Positions 1-14,290 of a DNA stretch of 39,104 bases are shown piece by piece; the stretch's first letter is position 1, and every line of letters begins with the position of its first letter. The notes beneath the pieces were generated by a model. The model ran no database searches. It had not been told where the DNA came from and was given only the letters and a program-made list of their open reading frames with translations. Made by a program: the position numbers and the translations under genes. Source of the DNA: Seison nebaliae (Eukaryota); the NCBI GenBank assembly GCA_023231475.1, contig JALJEE010000525.1:62001-101104 (forward strand), read 5' to 3'.

Positions 1-3000
1 ATATTGTCATTATTCCTGGGCTAGTAGCCACCTAAAAATCATCTTTGTTCATCGACTAAGACTTCTAGATAGCACGACAGATATTGATAAGAATGTTTCT
101 ATTTCTTTAGTTATCGATCATTTGGCGAGAATATGTACGTGTATTTACGTTCGAACAAGAAAAGGAAATGGCGATGGAAGAGAAAAGGTTCATAAGAAAC
201 CGAGCCAATAGATAAATTAGACAAACCGGACACTCTAATCATTCTTCCAATTCTCCACACTCTCATAAAATATCAAATAAATTTCTTTCCTTTCTTCAAA
301 CGAATGACGAAGATAAATCATAAAGAAATAGAGGAAAGTAGCCTAAGAATTGTTCGTTCGAAAGAAGTAACTATATATGTTCCGAATGGAATATGCGCGA
401 GCAACTTCAGCACAATTTCATCAATGACAATTATTGACATGACCAGAAGATGGTATGTGTAACGGCAATTTTAATAAAGAGTATAATGATGACGATGTAA
501 GTGTGAAAAGAAGCGATATGATTCCAGCTGTGATAATCATTAGACATATCGGACGATTCCTCGGATAAGGTAGGAGACATGCGCATCGAAACAAATCAGC
601 ATCCATTCCATTAATTCACACATTTCACATCATCATCATCACCATCATCATCGTTGTCGACATCATTACATTTCCACTAATGTACCGACTGATGACGATA
701 GAGGAGGATTAAATAAATCATACACATCCATCCATTCGGTGAACTCGTCAAACGAATCATTAGCAAATGCTTAACAGAAGAAGAATATAAAGAAGAGATA
801 GTAAACTTTGTTTCTTTCTATTACATTAGACGCATCCAATTGGCACATTCCATTCAGCGCAAAAAAAAACGAATCGACGTATCGAGAGTGAACCAAAGAT
901 GTAATGACGAATTGGGTGAATTGAATTGAGTAAGGGGAAAAACTTCAATTTTTCAAAATAAATTTACTAACTTTCAAATAATGACAATTGGAACTTTTTC
1001 CTTTACTTAAATATTGAATCGATTTATAAATCTCAATTTTGCGCTAAGCAAATAGAAAGTAAGACGAATGGATTTGAACTAACGGAGCCCATGAAATGAA
1101 GTGAGTTCTCCACAACAGACGTATGATGTGGAAGAGGAGAAAAGTAAATAGGTTGTATGATAATTATCATTCTCATTTCTATCATTCTCAGTTAACTGAC
1201 CATTTTCGTGATGGGAGGGGAATAGATGTAGGGAGAATGTGGAGAAAAGAATTACTGATTTGCTAACTATTTAATTGACGAAGAAGAAGATGGAGAATTA
1301 TTATTTTACTTTCTCATATAATTAGCGCCCAATATCGTTTAGGTGAAACTATTAATTTTCTTACTTTCTCAATCTCCATCCATTTTTTCAGGTAGTTTAA
1401 TGATTGAACCAATCGTTATAACTGGGAGAGGATATGGTGCTAACAATAGGTTACTTATCAAATTATAAGAGAAGAATGAACAATTTTCTCATGCACAAGA
1501 GAGAATGATTATACGGAAAGTTATTGGAACTTGTGAATTGGAGAATTCTGATTAGACGAAATTTGCAGGTACTTCACATTGTTTCTCGAGTAATGATAAT
1601 AACGACTTTGAGAGACTAAGGGATGGAAAAGCGAAAACGAAAGAAGAATGTTGATCGATGTGAAAAAAAAGAAAATGCGATCAAACACTTCATCTATTTT
1701 ATTTCCCAACAGATTCATTTTCGTTCGGTTGAGGAAAGCAATATTTAGCAGGAATTATCAACTGCCTACCTACTTGCCTACTTATCTCGTAGTGTGCACA
1801 TATCCCCCTGCCTGATAGCTAAGTAATATACTAAATGATTATAATTGCTACATTTGTTTAGCGTGAAAAAAGAAACTAATGCAAGAAGAAAAATTTCGAC
1901 GACTTTCCTTCAATCTTTTAATTTGTTTGATGATAAGTAAGTAAGAAATACTATTCGTTCCTTCATACAAGATTGCTCCTACTTTCGACGATTCGCTAGA
2001 GTCTTACTTGCGATCTGTTTAGATGGAGGGGAGGGAGTTGTGTAGGGTGGAAAATTATATATTTCCTCAACTTCGTTTTTATTCAAATAATATTTCCGGT
2101 TGATACGTATATTAAATAAGCGCAAAGAATTGCCTTTCCGCTCGACAGGAACGAAAAGGAAGAAATCTTAGAACTTTCACCAAATTTGTCATTCCTAACT
2201 GATTTATTGTTGTTATGAGAAACGTTATTTACGAATAGTTGGTAGACAAGTAAATTGTTCTCATACTACTACATTCATTCACATAACGGTGAATTGTATT
2301 ACCATTGGAATTGGCAATGAGCGAACTAACAATTGTAGTGAGTAGGAAGGTGCAAAAATCGAATGAATTTCCAGATAAGCTTACAATAATACATTGATTA
2401 ATTGATAAGCGAACAGAATTGTTAAGAAGTCAGAACTGAGTTATTTATATGTTGTAGAGTGAGTTGCAGAAGAAGTGCAGATGGAATATGCACAAGACAG
2501 CAGATGATGGGAAGATGAGTGAGAAAAAAGTAGGAATAAATGAGAAGATGCTCAGAAATTCCCCTTTGAATATAAGACGAGAGTCGTACATTGCGTTAAG
2601 GGTGATAAAAAGATTTTAGTTTACGAGAGAATCAAATTAAAATACTTTAATTTGACACGAGCATTCGAGCTGAAACATTCCAAAGTATCGCACCATCGGC
2701 GAATCATTCGGTAAAGATGTTCCGTTTCACAAGTCAGTTCATCATTCTCTTCTCCTTTATTATTCCTCTGACATGTTGAACACGACCGTCATATGGTAGT
2801 TGGTCCAATGCATCAATCAGCTACTATTACTGTGATAAAGTACCTGTCGCTTCAGATTTTGTTTTTGATCTTTTCTTTCCTCTTGCTTTCTTTTTTGCTT
2901 CTGTCCATCTTTTTCCACTCCTGCTAATACGGGAAGTGATGCACGAAGAAGATGCTTATAATTAATCTCTTCTTCGATACTAATATTCTTTTGAACTGCT

Positions 3001-6000
3001 TCATTCCGTTATCATCTTCCTCTAATTCTACTTTTTTCTTTATTAATTTCATCTTTTTCGCTCCTTCGTCTTCCTTCGGTCCCGATTATCTCATATTCTC
3101 CATATCCCATCGAAATCAGATGTCGATTTTCACCATCTTAAAGCGAATAAATTCCATACGAACATTTCCAATATAAACTAACTGAAAGTTCGGATACGAA
3201 GTCTCGCTAACAATAGCAATTCTTACCAGTTCCATGTCTATACCAATCAAACTTCGTCAAAAAATATTGGGAATGACACAAAAGAACGGAATTGATTAAA
3301 TTCTTGATTAAACAACATAAATATTTAGTCTTCCTTCTTCTTGTAAGCAATCTCTGATATATAAGTACTTGATATGATGTGGATTTTTTGTTCGATAAAG
3401 AAACGACCTAAAACTGATGAGGAATTAATTTCGATAAAATTTCCATGTTTTTTCCAAGAACTAACGAAAGGAAGTAGAAGAGCAAACATCTGATTTTTTT
3501 GTTGATGAGGGGGAGGAGGAGAAGAGACAATGTAAGACGTGGGGACAGAAGTGTAACAGAAGAAGCAGGTAAATTCAGTTAGTATTGTGAGTTGGATAAA
3601 TATGAAAAGAAGTCCATCTGCAAAGTAGATTGTTTGATAGGTATTTTAAGGAAAACGAAGAAGACTAAGAAAAGATTGTTAATGATGATAAAGATGAAGA
3701 AGAGGAATAAATAAACTATTTACTTAATGTCATTCATATTCGTTCACTAACCAAACACAAATCGATCTTCTGATGATGTTTCTATTTTAATAATGCACAT
3801 GAAATTGGATATGAAGTGGAGTAGAAAAGTGAGAATGGGAAAAGAGTCTTATGCATGAATCACTGCACCCATCCAAATACTTGACAATTTGCAGATATCG
3901 ATTCACGTCCTCTTCCCCACAGACAAAATCTTCATTCTCATCAGTGAAAAATGATGAACTCTTATCATTCCGGTTAAGATGGAAGCCGATTTTTAAACTA
4001 ATAATTCCATTTTATGACTTACCATTCCCATCTCTCCCACTCCAAACTAGTGAAATCTCACAAATCGAATAACAATCAAACATTCACCTTCTCTCCAATC
4101 TCTCGCATTTCGACTCAATTACTACAAATGTGTTGTTCACTTAACCCTAATCGATTCACGTCGTTACATAGTTTCTATCAATTTCTAATCATTCCGTTCT
4201 CCATCACTCAATTTAACTCTTCTTCTCTTCCTATCGACATATTCAACCTGAGACTCTAAAGATTGAAAGATTTATAATAAGAAAATGAATAATCAAAAGA
4301 TTGAAAATTTCTTTTATAATCTCCTTAAAATATAATTAATATTTTAAAATTATCAATTCACCTATCAACTACTTATTTGTAATAAATCGATTATAAACGA
4401 ATCGATAAATTTGAATGAAAAATATTTGAAAAAAAATTAATTTAATCGAAAGAAAAAGGACAATGTTCGTTGAGGTAAACTGAGAGGTAGCAGGAGATCG
4501 TTCAGTTCCACCGATGGAAAAATCGATATCGACGGAGAAGGGGAGATGAGAGGGGAAAAAAGTGGAAATTTATTCAATAATTCGCTATCGTTTGCTGTCG
4601 AAGTGGACGATGCTTTCATCTTCTCTTAATGCACATCAATTCTTTGTTAAATGTTCATGTTATTGTTTGTTTGGATGGCGAGGATGATGATGAGGAATAA
4701 AGGAAAAAAGAAGAATGTAAATCGAATTGAAGAATTAAAGAGAAAGTTCGATACATTTATATTCGGCATCACGAAATGTTGATTCATTTTTTCCTCATCG
4801 TCACATTCAAATCATCAATTTATCGTCTTCTAATGTATCGGTAGAATTTCGCGTTATTGCAGTAAGAAACCGAAGGTGAATATAAGATAAAAGACTAGAG
4901 AGATATAGTGACAGTCGTTTCGTGAACTTATCACATAATTTGTACGAAATACCTGAACGGTAGTTAATCGTTAGATGCGCTAAAAGAAAAGTATATAGAT
5001 GATATCTGCATGCATCCGTCAGCTACGTAGTTAGTTATCTTTCTTTCTTTCTCATATTCGATCAATCTCTCCTCCCTCCTCCCAATTCTCCCCCACCGAT
5101 ATTATTAGTAAGGCATCGGGGCCCTTATTAATAAGGAGAAAATAACTGGCTTCTACAACTACTATCTTCCCATTTGACTAGTTGTGTTGCAGTTGTAATT
5201 TCAGTTCAATTTTCCACTAGCTGTTCTCTCCCGATTGTAGTTGTCCCATTCTCCCAACTAGTTTCTATTACGAATATTCTCCTTTTCATCTCTATTTGAT
5301 GTATCTTAATGAACGAATGAAGATGACAGAACATTCACTTTAATTGGCGCTTACCATCCTTAATGATAAGTGAAATGCGACGACAACAACGAAGACAAGA
5401 AGTACCGAGGTATGCACAAACCTTCTTTTATTATTTTTGATAGAAATCTTGGAAAGGAACTGTCACTTAGTCGCCCAGTTACTTATTCTCCTTATTCGTC
5501 CCATCATCGTTCTCTTACAAATGAATTCGATTCAAATCAGGAACATCAGTATCTTAAAACTCATTATTATTACTATTAAAATATAATTACTTAATCTTAA
5601 CTCAACTTACTTTTATTCGTCAGAAAACTATGAATTATAAAAGAGATTTTATCACTATTACTCTTGACATTATATTAATTTACTAAATTTGCATTTTAAT
5701 GATAAGTAATGATAATTATAATTGACTAATTCAAATTGTTTGATCATAACAACCAAAACACGACCAAAGCTGTACACAGAAATGTTATATAAACATAAAT
5801 TTTTCTTAACTAAACCTTTCTAATTGTTGTATTCAGTTTAACTCCTTATATTTCCATGCAGTTCATCAGAATATTTAGTTATTATGATAATTGACACTGA
5901 TAATAGAAAATTTGTCAGTAGAATAACTTCTTCCGAATATTATTAATCTTTTTCGAATGTAGCCCTAATAATTTTAAGAAAACACTCGCAGAATTGTTCC

Positions 6001-6551
6001 CATATTCTTTTTTTTAATGTTGAAAAAATTAAGAAATTAATTACACGACATAATCGTTTTGCAGTTTTTTCGTGCATCGTTTAGCACCGTGCAATGTATT
6101 CTATTTTCATTTTCATTCATTATTTTATGTTAATTCTTGCTCTTTCATTCATGTTATGAGTAAAAACCTCAAATTATGTGATAGTTTCAGAACAATGTTT
6201 CAATCAACTTTCCAATTCCAACAGATTAAAATTCTTCTTCCTCACATTAGAAATCAGAAATCCTAGAAGCAATTTTAGAAGTTAGAAAAATACAGTCAGT
6301 TCGATTCAGTTCAATACAGTCAGTTGGAGAGCACTTAATCGAAGAACACTCGATGAAAATTTGAAGTTGAATAATTTATTAAATGAAATATTTAGAATGG
6401 AGATAGTCGAATCATTTAAACTTATATTGGACAAATTTGTATCGATGTAGATATGTCTGGACATGTTGAAAATGAAAGTAGTTGAAATAGAAAAAATTTG
6501 AAATAAATGAAAATATAATATTTAAAATTGAGTGTTCATCATTATTGTTGA

Positions 6552-9345
6552 CTATGTGACTCGTTGAAAAGATGTACAAAAAAGTAATTCCTCAATCTTT
6601 CCATAATATTTCTTGTAATGATCACTGCCCAATAATTGAATGATTTGTTTCTATGAAAAAGATAAAGAAATGTCAATAACAATAATGAAATTGTGAACTT
6701 GATTATCTTCTTTGGAATATTGGAGGATGTGTTTGCATGATTTCAAGATGTCATCTCCGATATTTTCTTTTAATTCTCTGAAAGAGGAAGAATATCAGAT
6801 TGTGAAATGAAAAAGAGAAACAAAACTTTTCCAAGTCATTCACTCGTCGAGTTAAGTGAAGTGTATCTGAAAAGAAATTATGAAAGAAGTTGAAAAATAA
6901 ATAAATGGAACTTAAATCATAAATATTTGATTTGGCTCTTCCTTTTTCTTCTTCAACTTTCATCGTTATCTCATTCGTTAATGTTTCATTATGAGATCCA
7001 TTTTCAGATAGTGCACTATCTCTCTCATTTGATTGTCGACGAGATTTTTCCGTTTCTACTTTATCATCTTTCTTGTAAATGGCTTCATTCAACGTCTGTG
7101 TTAAACAGACGATATATTCATTCAATTGTTCATTATCTTCATTATCATCACAAGATGGTGGACGATTGGGAGAAATCTTCTCATATCCACTTGACTGTGA
7201 AATTTCGATGGATAATTCTTTCTCATGTTTCGTTGTCTGATTGTCATTCTTCTCTCGAATTTCAATACCTTGTGACGATGAAATATCATCAGAACATTCG
7301 ATAACAATATTGGATCGATTCAAACGATGTTCATTCTCTAATACAACACAATAACGTGAAGATGATGATGATGATGGTGGTCGTGAAAGTTTCTGATCTG
7401 ACGATTTCCTCGAATGACCTTTCCGAGAACTGACAGGTGATTGATTACCATTCGAATCATTATCAGTCGATCGATATCTGGAAATGGAATTATTTAAACG
7501 ATTTCTTGATGATTTCTTCTCTTCTAAAACCATTTTCTTTTTCAATTTTTGTTTATATTCCAAAAAATTTTCATTCGATTGATTCTTCGAATAATCCATA
7601 TCTTTCAATTTCGCACTAATCAATTGTTGTTGTTGTTGATTTTGTTCTTGTTGTTCGATTAATTTTTTTCTTCGATTTTCTAATTGATCTTTTTTCAATT
7701 TACGTTTATAAAGGAATAATGTATCATTTAAATGTTTGAAATGATTGACATCATCCAAATGATCTTCTTCAATTTTTTGATTTGGACAATTTGATGAATT
7801 ACCAATTTCATTTTTCTGTTTCAGACGATCTGACATTATCGTTTGTTGTCGATTGAATGATGGAATTGGCGATGTTCTTTTCGTTGAATTTGTCGTTTTT
7901 TGTCTTTTCTTCTTCTTCTTTTTATCGTTCTGTAAATCGTTCGCTGATTTGATTAAAGTTCTCTGTTGGTTGGAAGTGGTAGATGAGGAATGACGAATAA
8001 TATCAGATTTGACACTCGAAACTAATTGTTTCTCACTGTTTTTCGATGATTGTCTCGATTTTATTCTCCTTTCTTCTGATGGACTATTTTTCGATTTTAA
8101 CGGAACTTTCATTTGTTCGTCATTTGATAATATTTTTTTTATTTCATTTTTTCTCGATCGATTTTTTAGAGAATTGGTTCGATGTCGTTGGAATATTTTC
8201 TCATCATTAACCTTCTTCCTTTGTTTGATGAAGAGGTAAGTCGAATCGATGATCAATTGTTGACGAAATAAATCATTAACTGTCGGTCGATCCTCCGGCA
8301 CTTTCTTCAACATCATCTGCACTAGATTACACAATTCCGATGAATAGTTCGAAGGGAATTTTGGTAAATGACCTTCGATTACCTTCCTACTCAATTGCAT
8401 TATATCAATAGCATTATATGCATGTCGATGTGTCATTATCTCGTATGTACAACATCCTAACGCCCAAACATCTGACTGAAAAAGAAGAACGTTCAATCAA
8501 TCGAGTTAAATAGAGACTACTAACCGCATAACTATATGGTCGTCTCTCGAAGATTTCGGGACTCATGTAAAATGGAGAACCAATAACTGTGACAGCAAAA
8601 TCGATATTTGTTAAATCTCTACAATTTCCGTTAAGATGGAAAAATAATGAAAAAAATTCAACTTTGCTATACCCAAATCGCCAACTCGAACGATGTTATT
8701 TCGATTCAGAAATATGTTTTGCGTCTTCAGATCACGATGTAAAATTCTCAAATTATGGAGATACTAAAACAAATGGAAATGATGAAGACATATTAAAACA
8801 GGTAATTAATCGTGATAAATAAAATGGGATGGAAAATGTATGAAATTGAACATATCTGAATTTCATAGATTTCAAAAAAATATGTAAAAATTAAAAATGA
8901 TGAAACATGAAACTGAGAATGAAATGAAAAAGAAATAAAATGTAACTCGTAAGGCCATTAATATTTGAATTAACCATTCAATAACTTGTTTCTCAGCGAA
9001 ATAATTTCCTTTGTGATGTTTGATGTATGTGTAGAGATCGCCGTGATCACAATATGCCATGATGATATAGAGAGCACCATCGTTAACGAATGATTCCTTA
9101 TACGAGACGATATTCGGATGTTTCAGTCTCGACAATAGTTTCGCTTCTTTCTCTGCATTCTTTAAAGCTTTTAAAGATGACGATTTCATATCAATCCGTT
9201 TCATAGCATACTGTGAAAAGAAGAAGTTAATCGGAAGTACTTCAACAAATCAATTAACATATCGACGATTAATTCGATTCCTTACCAATTTCACTACACC
9301 AAAACAGCCTTCGCCAATCTTCTTCACCACTTCATATGATTCCAT
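6552..9345 (-). CDS. NEK4: NIMA-related Ser/Thr kinase, NEK4-like (8 exons, ~775 aa)
   Basis: Exons 9345-9259, 9210-8947, 8763-8663, 8618-8525, 8475-6912, 6866-6827, 6777-6699, 6650-6552 (2328 nt, in frame, GT-AG introns). Kinase motifs IGEGCFG, YAMKRI, HPNIVSYKESF, HRDLKTQNIFL, VGDLGIAK, GSPFYMSPE, SDVWALGCC; VGDLGIA and DVWALGCC are NEK4-type. Long charged/low-complexity tail. Confidence 0.88.
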
Positions 9346-9474
9346 TTGGAATGAGAAACGGAAATGCTCGATTGTTTTACTCCCACTCTCTCTCTCTCTC
9401 TATCTCTATCTCTGACAATTCAGACCTAATAAATCCGATCGACCAATGTCCGATTTCGTGATGAAACATCGATC

Positions 9475-9488
9475 GTTGTCATAGTAAC
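9475..9488. promoter_or_regulatory. RFX X-box motif upstream of the NEK4-like gene
   Basis: GTTGTCATAGTAAC fits the X-box consensus GTHNYY-AT-RRNAAC, 130 nt upstream of the ATG at 9345. Confidence 0.6.
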
Positions 9489-9680
9489 GAGATGTATCAA
9501 AAGATAAACCTAAACTCATTTTATTCCCACAACAATAATATGTCAAACTTTCTTTTTTTTTTATTATAATTCGAAATTGAAATATAAGCTCGTCGATTTA
9601 TAAGGAGAAAAGATTCTATCAACTCCTCCTCACAATAAAGAAGATGAAGCAATAAAAGAAAGAAAAAAAGAAATAGAGAA

Positions 9681-11126
9681 TTATTTTGTTTGGAATAAAT
9701 CGAAAGCATCAGATTTCAACAATTGTGATTCTACAAATCGAACATAATCATTATCAATAGGAAATTCGTTGATGATCTGTTCCAATGCCATTACCTGATA
9801 TCGATCATCCGTTTTTTTTAGAATGTTCAATTCTTTTAATGATGAAATGGCTGAAAGGAAATTAATTTGGAAATCGATTCGTTTTTTTGAATTTGAATTC
9901 GTTAATCGACTACTCATCCATTCATTGATTCGTCCTTCAATCATTTGTTGAGTGGCACCATTAATTGGGAGCCAATTAGTGATCTTCTTATCATGACTAT
10001 CAATAAATATCGGTTGCATATGTAAAAGTGTAAAATAGATGAGAAGAGTTTCTTTATATTTCTGATCGATTACATCATCTAAAAGAATGGGAAGTAACGG
10101 AAGATTTTTTATACAATTCTCATTTTGTCGATGAATGATATCTATGAGGAATTTCTGTCGTCTTTTATTAATGAAATTCTCTTGTAATTGATAGAGGGAT
10201 AAAGTAGATAAGAATGAAGTGAAGAGAATTTGATTCATTTCAATATTAATTCCTCTCATTAACAATATGTGATTGATGAATAAACTTCCTCCAAAAACAA
10301 ATGTCGAATATTTGGCTATTAATTGAAATGTTCTTTCAATATAATCACTCTCTAATTCTTGGAGATGAATGGGGAAAATATTCTCAATATTATCCTCCTC
10401 TACTCTATTATATCCTCCAATATTAATCATTTTATCATCCTCCCATAATACCACAATATTCTCGAAAGATTTCATTTGTTTCTTCTGGAAGAAATTCACT
10501 TTCTTCTCAACTTCTCCAATCGGTTCTCGGATCCATATGGAAATATTTTGTTTCTTCTTCTCATCCAATTTGACGATGAGACCATATCGTTTAAATAAAT
10601 TCCGTTTCTTAATCAAATCATCATAATCATATTCGACGAATGAAGAAATTTTCAATAAATTTCGAATATTATGACGGAAAAAGAATCGATAATCTTTCTT
10701 TTTCTCCCAATTATCTATGGATGTCGATCGAATATTCATTTCATTTGCCGCATTAAATAATGACTAAAATGAATAAATTTCAACCGTGGAAAAATTTTCA
10801 ATTGAAAATTATTGAAAATTAACTTGAAGTTCTTTTAAATGTGAGAGATAATGTCTCGTTAGTTTATGGTCGATGATACTAATAACTTTCATCAACATAT
10901 CTTCTTTCTCCTTTATCGATTTCTCCTTTCCAAATAAATTATTTCGTTCGATTATCGATTGATCTTGTAGAAGTAATCGAGTGAACGTCGATCGACTGAC
11001 GTTTGGCAAAGTTTCTGGTTGCGTTCTAACATTATCCGATTTCACTTCTCTTCCACTGCTACTGCTAATAACTCCTCCCAACATCGATCTACTCGTCCTA
11101 ATAATGTTTTGGAGTTGTCTGATCAT
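9681..11126 (-). CDS. TMEM143: TMEM143 / DUF3754-like membrane protein (2 exons, ~461 aa)
   Basis: Exons 11126-10824 and 10763-9681 joined by a 60-nt GT-AG intron (1386 nt, in frame). HYLSHLKELQ-SLF segment, two hydrophobic helices (STFVFGGSLFINHILLM; ILFTSFLSTLSLY), QKYKETLLIYFTLL and the C-terminal AISSLKELNIL resemble TMEM143; divergent. Confidence 0.6.
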
Positions 11127-11799
11127 TTTGTGAAGTTCCTACTTTCTTTTTAAAAAAAAATCTCTCAGAAGCTTCTCTTATAAAATTAATTTCATTCATA
11201 CATTTTATTAATAGAAAATGACTATTTTTTTTTGAAGGTATTAATTAGAGTTATATTCTCGTACTAATGCCTAAAATAATTTTAGAAGAATTCATCCAAA
11301 AATAGATGAACAACATGAATCAAATAAGAGAAGAAAATCGCATTCATTTCTTATACATTTCATTTATCATTCTCGAAGATACGATAACAGAAACGTCATC
11401 ATCAGACATTTTTAATCGATTCATGTCAAACTTCAAAAAGTGTATATGTTCCAAACTATATATTTTTTTTAATTCAACAAATCCCCGCAGGCTAAATTAA
11501 TAAGCATTAATAAGGGATAACTCATCTGATATATAAGGGCTTTAGTCTCATAAACATGTGTTAGTAGGAAAAGAGGAATTAACGAGGAAACGTTGAAATT
11601 GTTCATTATAGAACGGACGGCTTCTTCATCGTAAATAATAGTTACGGAAAAAGTTGACAAGAGTGAAGAATAATTGACATTGATTAAATGATGGAAATAA
11701 GAAGAAATAAAATCCAAAACTCTTTCCGAGTATTTGATAGACAGAAGAAGTGATAAGAACTTCAATTCATAGATAGAAAACATAAATGCTCTGTTGAAA

Positions 11800-12030
11800 T
11801 CAATTTCTTTTGAAATGAAAACGAATTGGAAATCTTGAAATATTTGACATAATTGACGATGGATGATGATTACATATGATTCCTACATTAGTCAACCGAT
11901 TATTAATGTATTCACTAATCTTTTTAAATTGACGAACTTTGTTCGAACATACCAGAATGTCATCTACATATACAATAACTGCAGGAAAGGATATCGAACT
12001 GTTTTTTTTTAAATAAAATTTCACGACCAA
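11800..12030 (-). mobile_element. Degenerate reverse-transcriptase fragment (motifs C-D)
   Basis: VIVYVDDILVCS (YVDD at 11970-11959) followed about 20 aa later by LTNVGIICN, the spacing of RT motifs C and D; motifs A/B are absent and the frame stops at 11800. Confidence 0.45.
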
Positions 12031-12225
12031 ATGTTAAAATGGATAGTGAAAAATTGAGAAATTTATTTATCTGAATTTCTTTCCAATTTATTTTCAAACT
12101 ACTTAAATAAAAGTATTTCGCTAACGAAATACTATAAATAAACGACTCTCGTTCAACAATATTGGTAGAAAGGAGAATAATATTGTTAAAAAGAAGAAAA
12201 AAAATTTGAGAAATTTAAATAAAAA

Positions 12226-14290
12226 TTAACGAAAAAAATTAGTTTTTCGTGCAAAATTTTTCGCTGATTCTACCTCGATTTCGCGCCAATGACGATTCGA
12301 AATATTCTCATTCTCCTTCACAATTTTCTGATAATTTCTTATTTCATTTTTCATCGTTCTCTTTAATTCTCCTTCACATTTCAATTGATTCTAACGAAAA
12401 AGAAGTTTTTTTAGAGAAAAGTTTGAAAAGAAAAATGAACTTGTCGATTTTCTTTTTGTTCTTTCTTCAATTCACTCGTCTCTTTCTCAATGCAATTTGC
12501 CAATAATTCATATTTATCTTTATAACTGGATGAAGAGAAATTAGAAAAAAATTCAAAAAAAAATTTAACTAATTTTCAATTGACGCCAATTGATCTCGTC
12601 GTCTATTCAATAGAGTTTCCTGTTCATTTTTTATCCATTTGTTCGTTTGGAGAACGTCAGTTTTCTGTTTTTTCACCAAATCACGATATAATCGTTTTAA
12701 AGCCACTTCGTCGATTGATTGTTGAGAGGCGATTCGAGATTTGAGATGAGATTGAAATTCTTCATATTCTTTCATGGCTCTCGCACGTTCTCCTCTTCGT
12801 TCTCTTATCGCATTCTTTGCCATTAATTCCGTTTTCTTCTTTTCTCTCATATCTTTCGCTCGTTGCAAATGTTTCTCCTCATTCAACAATTTTTCTATTC
12901 TTCTTCGATGTTCGTTGGTGACATTTCGAATCATATAAATATCGTCGTCTGCTGTCAATACTTTCTTTTTCAGTTGACTAATCAATTTTTCATGAGATGT
13001 CTGTAAACGATTGAGAGTGAAAAGAACATCTTTTGAAATGCGCTGACGATCACCTTGAAAAATTGCTCCAATACAATAATCAACAATATTCGTTGGTAAT
13101 GGCGATTCCTGTTTTATTTCAACAATCGAACTTCGTTTCTTCATCGCTGATTTATTATCAGAACTACGAAAACGATTCGTTCTTTTCTTTTTACCTTTCG
13201 ACATTAACGATTTTCCTCGGACATTCTCTTTTTTACAATTCCGTCGAGTATTTCTTTTTTCTTCTAAATGATTTTCATGATTGGTGGCTAATCGATTAAT
13301 CTCGTCATCATGTAACCGTGTTAATGATTGTGTTGGATCGATGTCTTCATAGACATCTAACAAATATCTCTTCATTTCATTCGCATTCGTCTCAGTATCT
13401 TCTTCAGTCCCTTTTGGCGATATCTCATTTATCTCCATCTCATCATTTCTTCTTTCATCACTACTTTCCGTTGGAATTGAAGAGACGTCTAATATAGTAG
13501 TAGCTGAATGGAATAATTTCTTCGTATCGTTCAAAGAAAGACATTGAAATAATTTTTCAATATTTTCCTCTTTTTTCGAAAATTCCTGAAGATTTTCACC
13601 AAATTTCTTCTTTACAAATTCATTCAAATTCTTCACAAAATCTTTTTCTAACGGAAATTTCGGATCGAGAATCTGTCTCAAATTTCCAACATCATCTTTC
13701 TCCTTCTTCTCACCATCTTCTCCTCGTTCGAGAGTGGAGACTGTTCCTAACGTTTCCAAATCCCTCTTTTTCATCAATTCATTCACATTCTCTTTTTTTT
13801 CTTCTAAAATTTCTTTTTTCTTTCTTTCCGTCGTGGATTCGATTCGAGTAGAAGAATCGATTATATTTCTCGAATTATCAGAAATTGTATGAATGAATTT
13901 GGAGAGATGTAAAAATATCGATAATAAATTAGAGATCGATTGAAAATTTTTATTTTTTATATCAATTGAACGAATATGAGACAAATCCTCACTAATACAA
14001 TCATCAGCTAACGAATCGATAATTAATTGTAATCTGTCAACTTGTTTGTTTTCTTTGTCATAAAATAAGAGCAAAGTTTCAACATCAAATATTTGTTCGT
14101 AGAGTAACACGAAAAATTGTTCATTTATATCTTCCATATCTTTCAATTCATGACCTCTCAAACTCTCAATATTATTCAAGATTTCATTGGCCATACAAAG
14201 CAGATTGTTAGATGAATTGGAAGTAGAAAGAAGATCAGAAGAAGATCTCGTTGTATCTTTCGACGAGTATAATTGGGAAAGATTTGACAT
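12226..14290 (-). CDS. CEP95: Centrosomal protein CEP95 (CCDC45) homolog (3 exons, ~656 aa)
   Basis: Exons 14290-12570, 12525-12441, 12390-12226 (1971 nt, in frame). N-terminal FVLLYEQIF...LQLIIDSLADDCISEDLSHI...SISNLLSIF matches the CEP95 N domain; spliced C-terminus RRDQLASIENYYKDKYELL...WREIE matches the CEP95 MENYYKDQFSLL...FRELE region. ORF-track start 14335 is GTG; first ATG is 14290. Confidence 0.85.

Noticed and set aside
571..774. Plus-strand open stretch with poly-His ending in TAA, like a terminal exon
   Set aside because: No ATG, no pyrimidine-rich acceptor, and CAT repeats are common in non-coding DNA here.
5103..5136. Short hairpin and 14-bp palindrome CCTTATTAATAAGG; similar 14-bp palindromes at 25293-25306 and 25448-25461, 9-bp stem at 12112-12133
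   Set aside because: Short, AT-rich, unrelated to each other; no element boundaries or RNA family recognised.
6289..6325. Direct repeat AATACAGTCAGTT twice
   Set aside because: Two copies only; simple local duplication, not an array or CRISPR.
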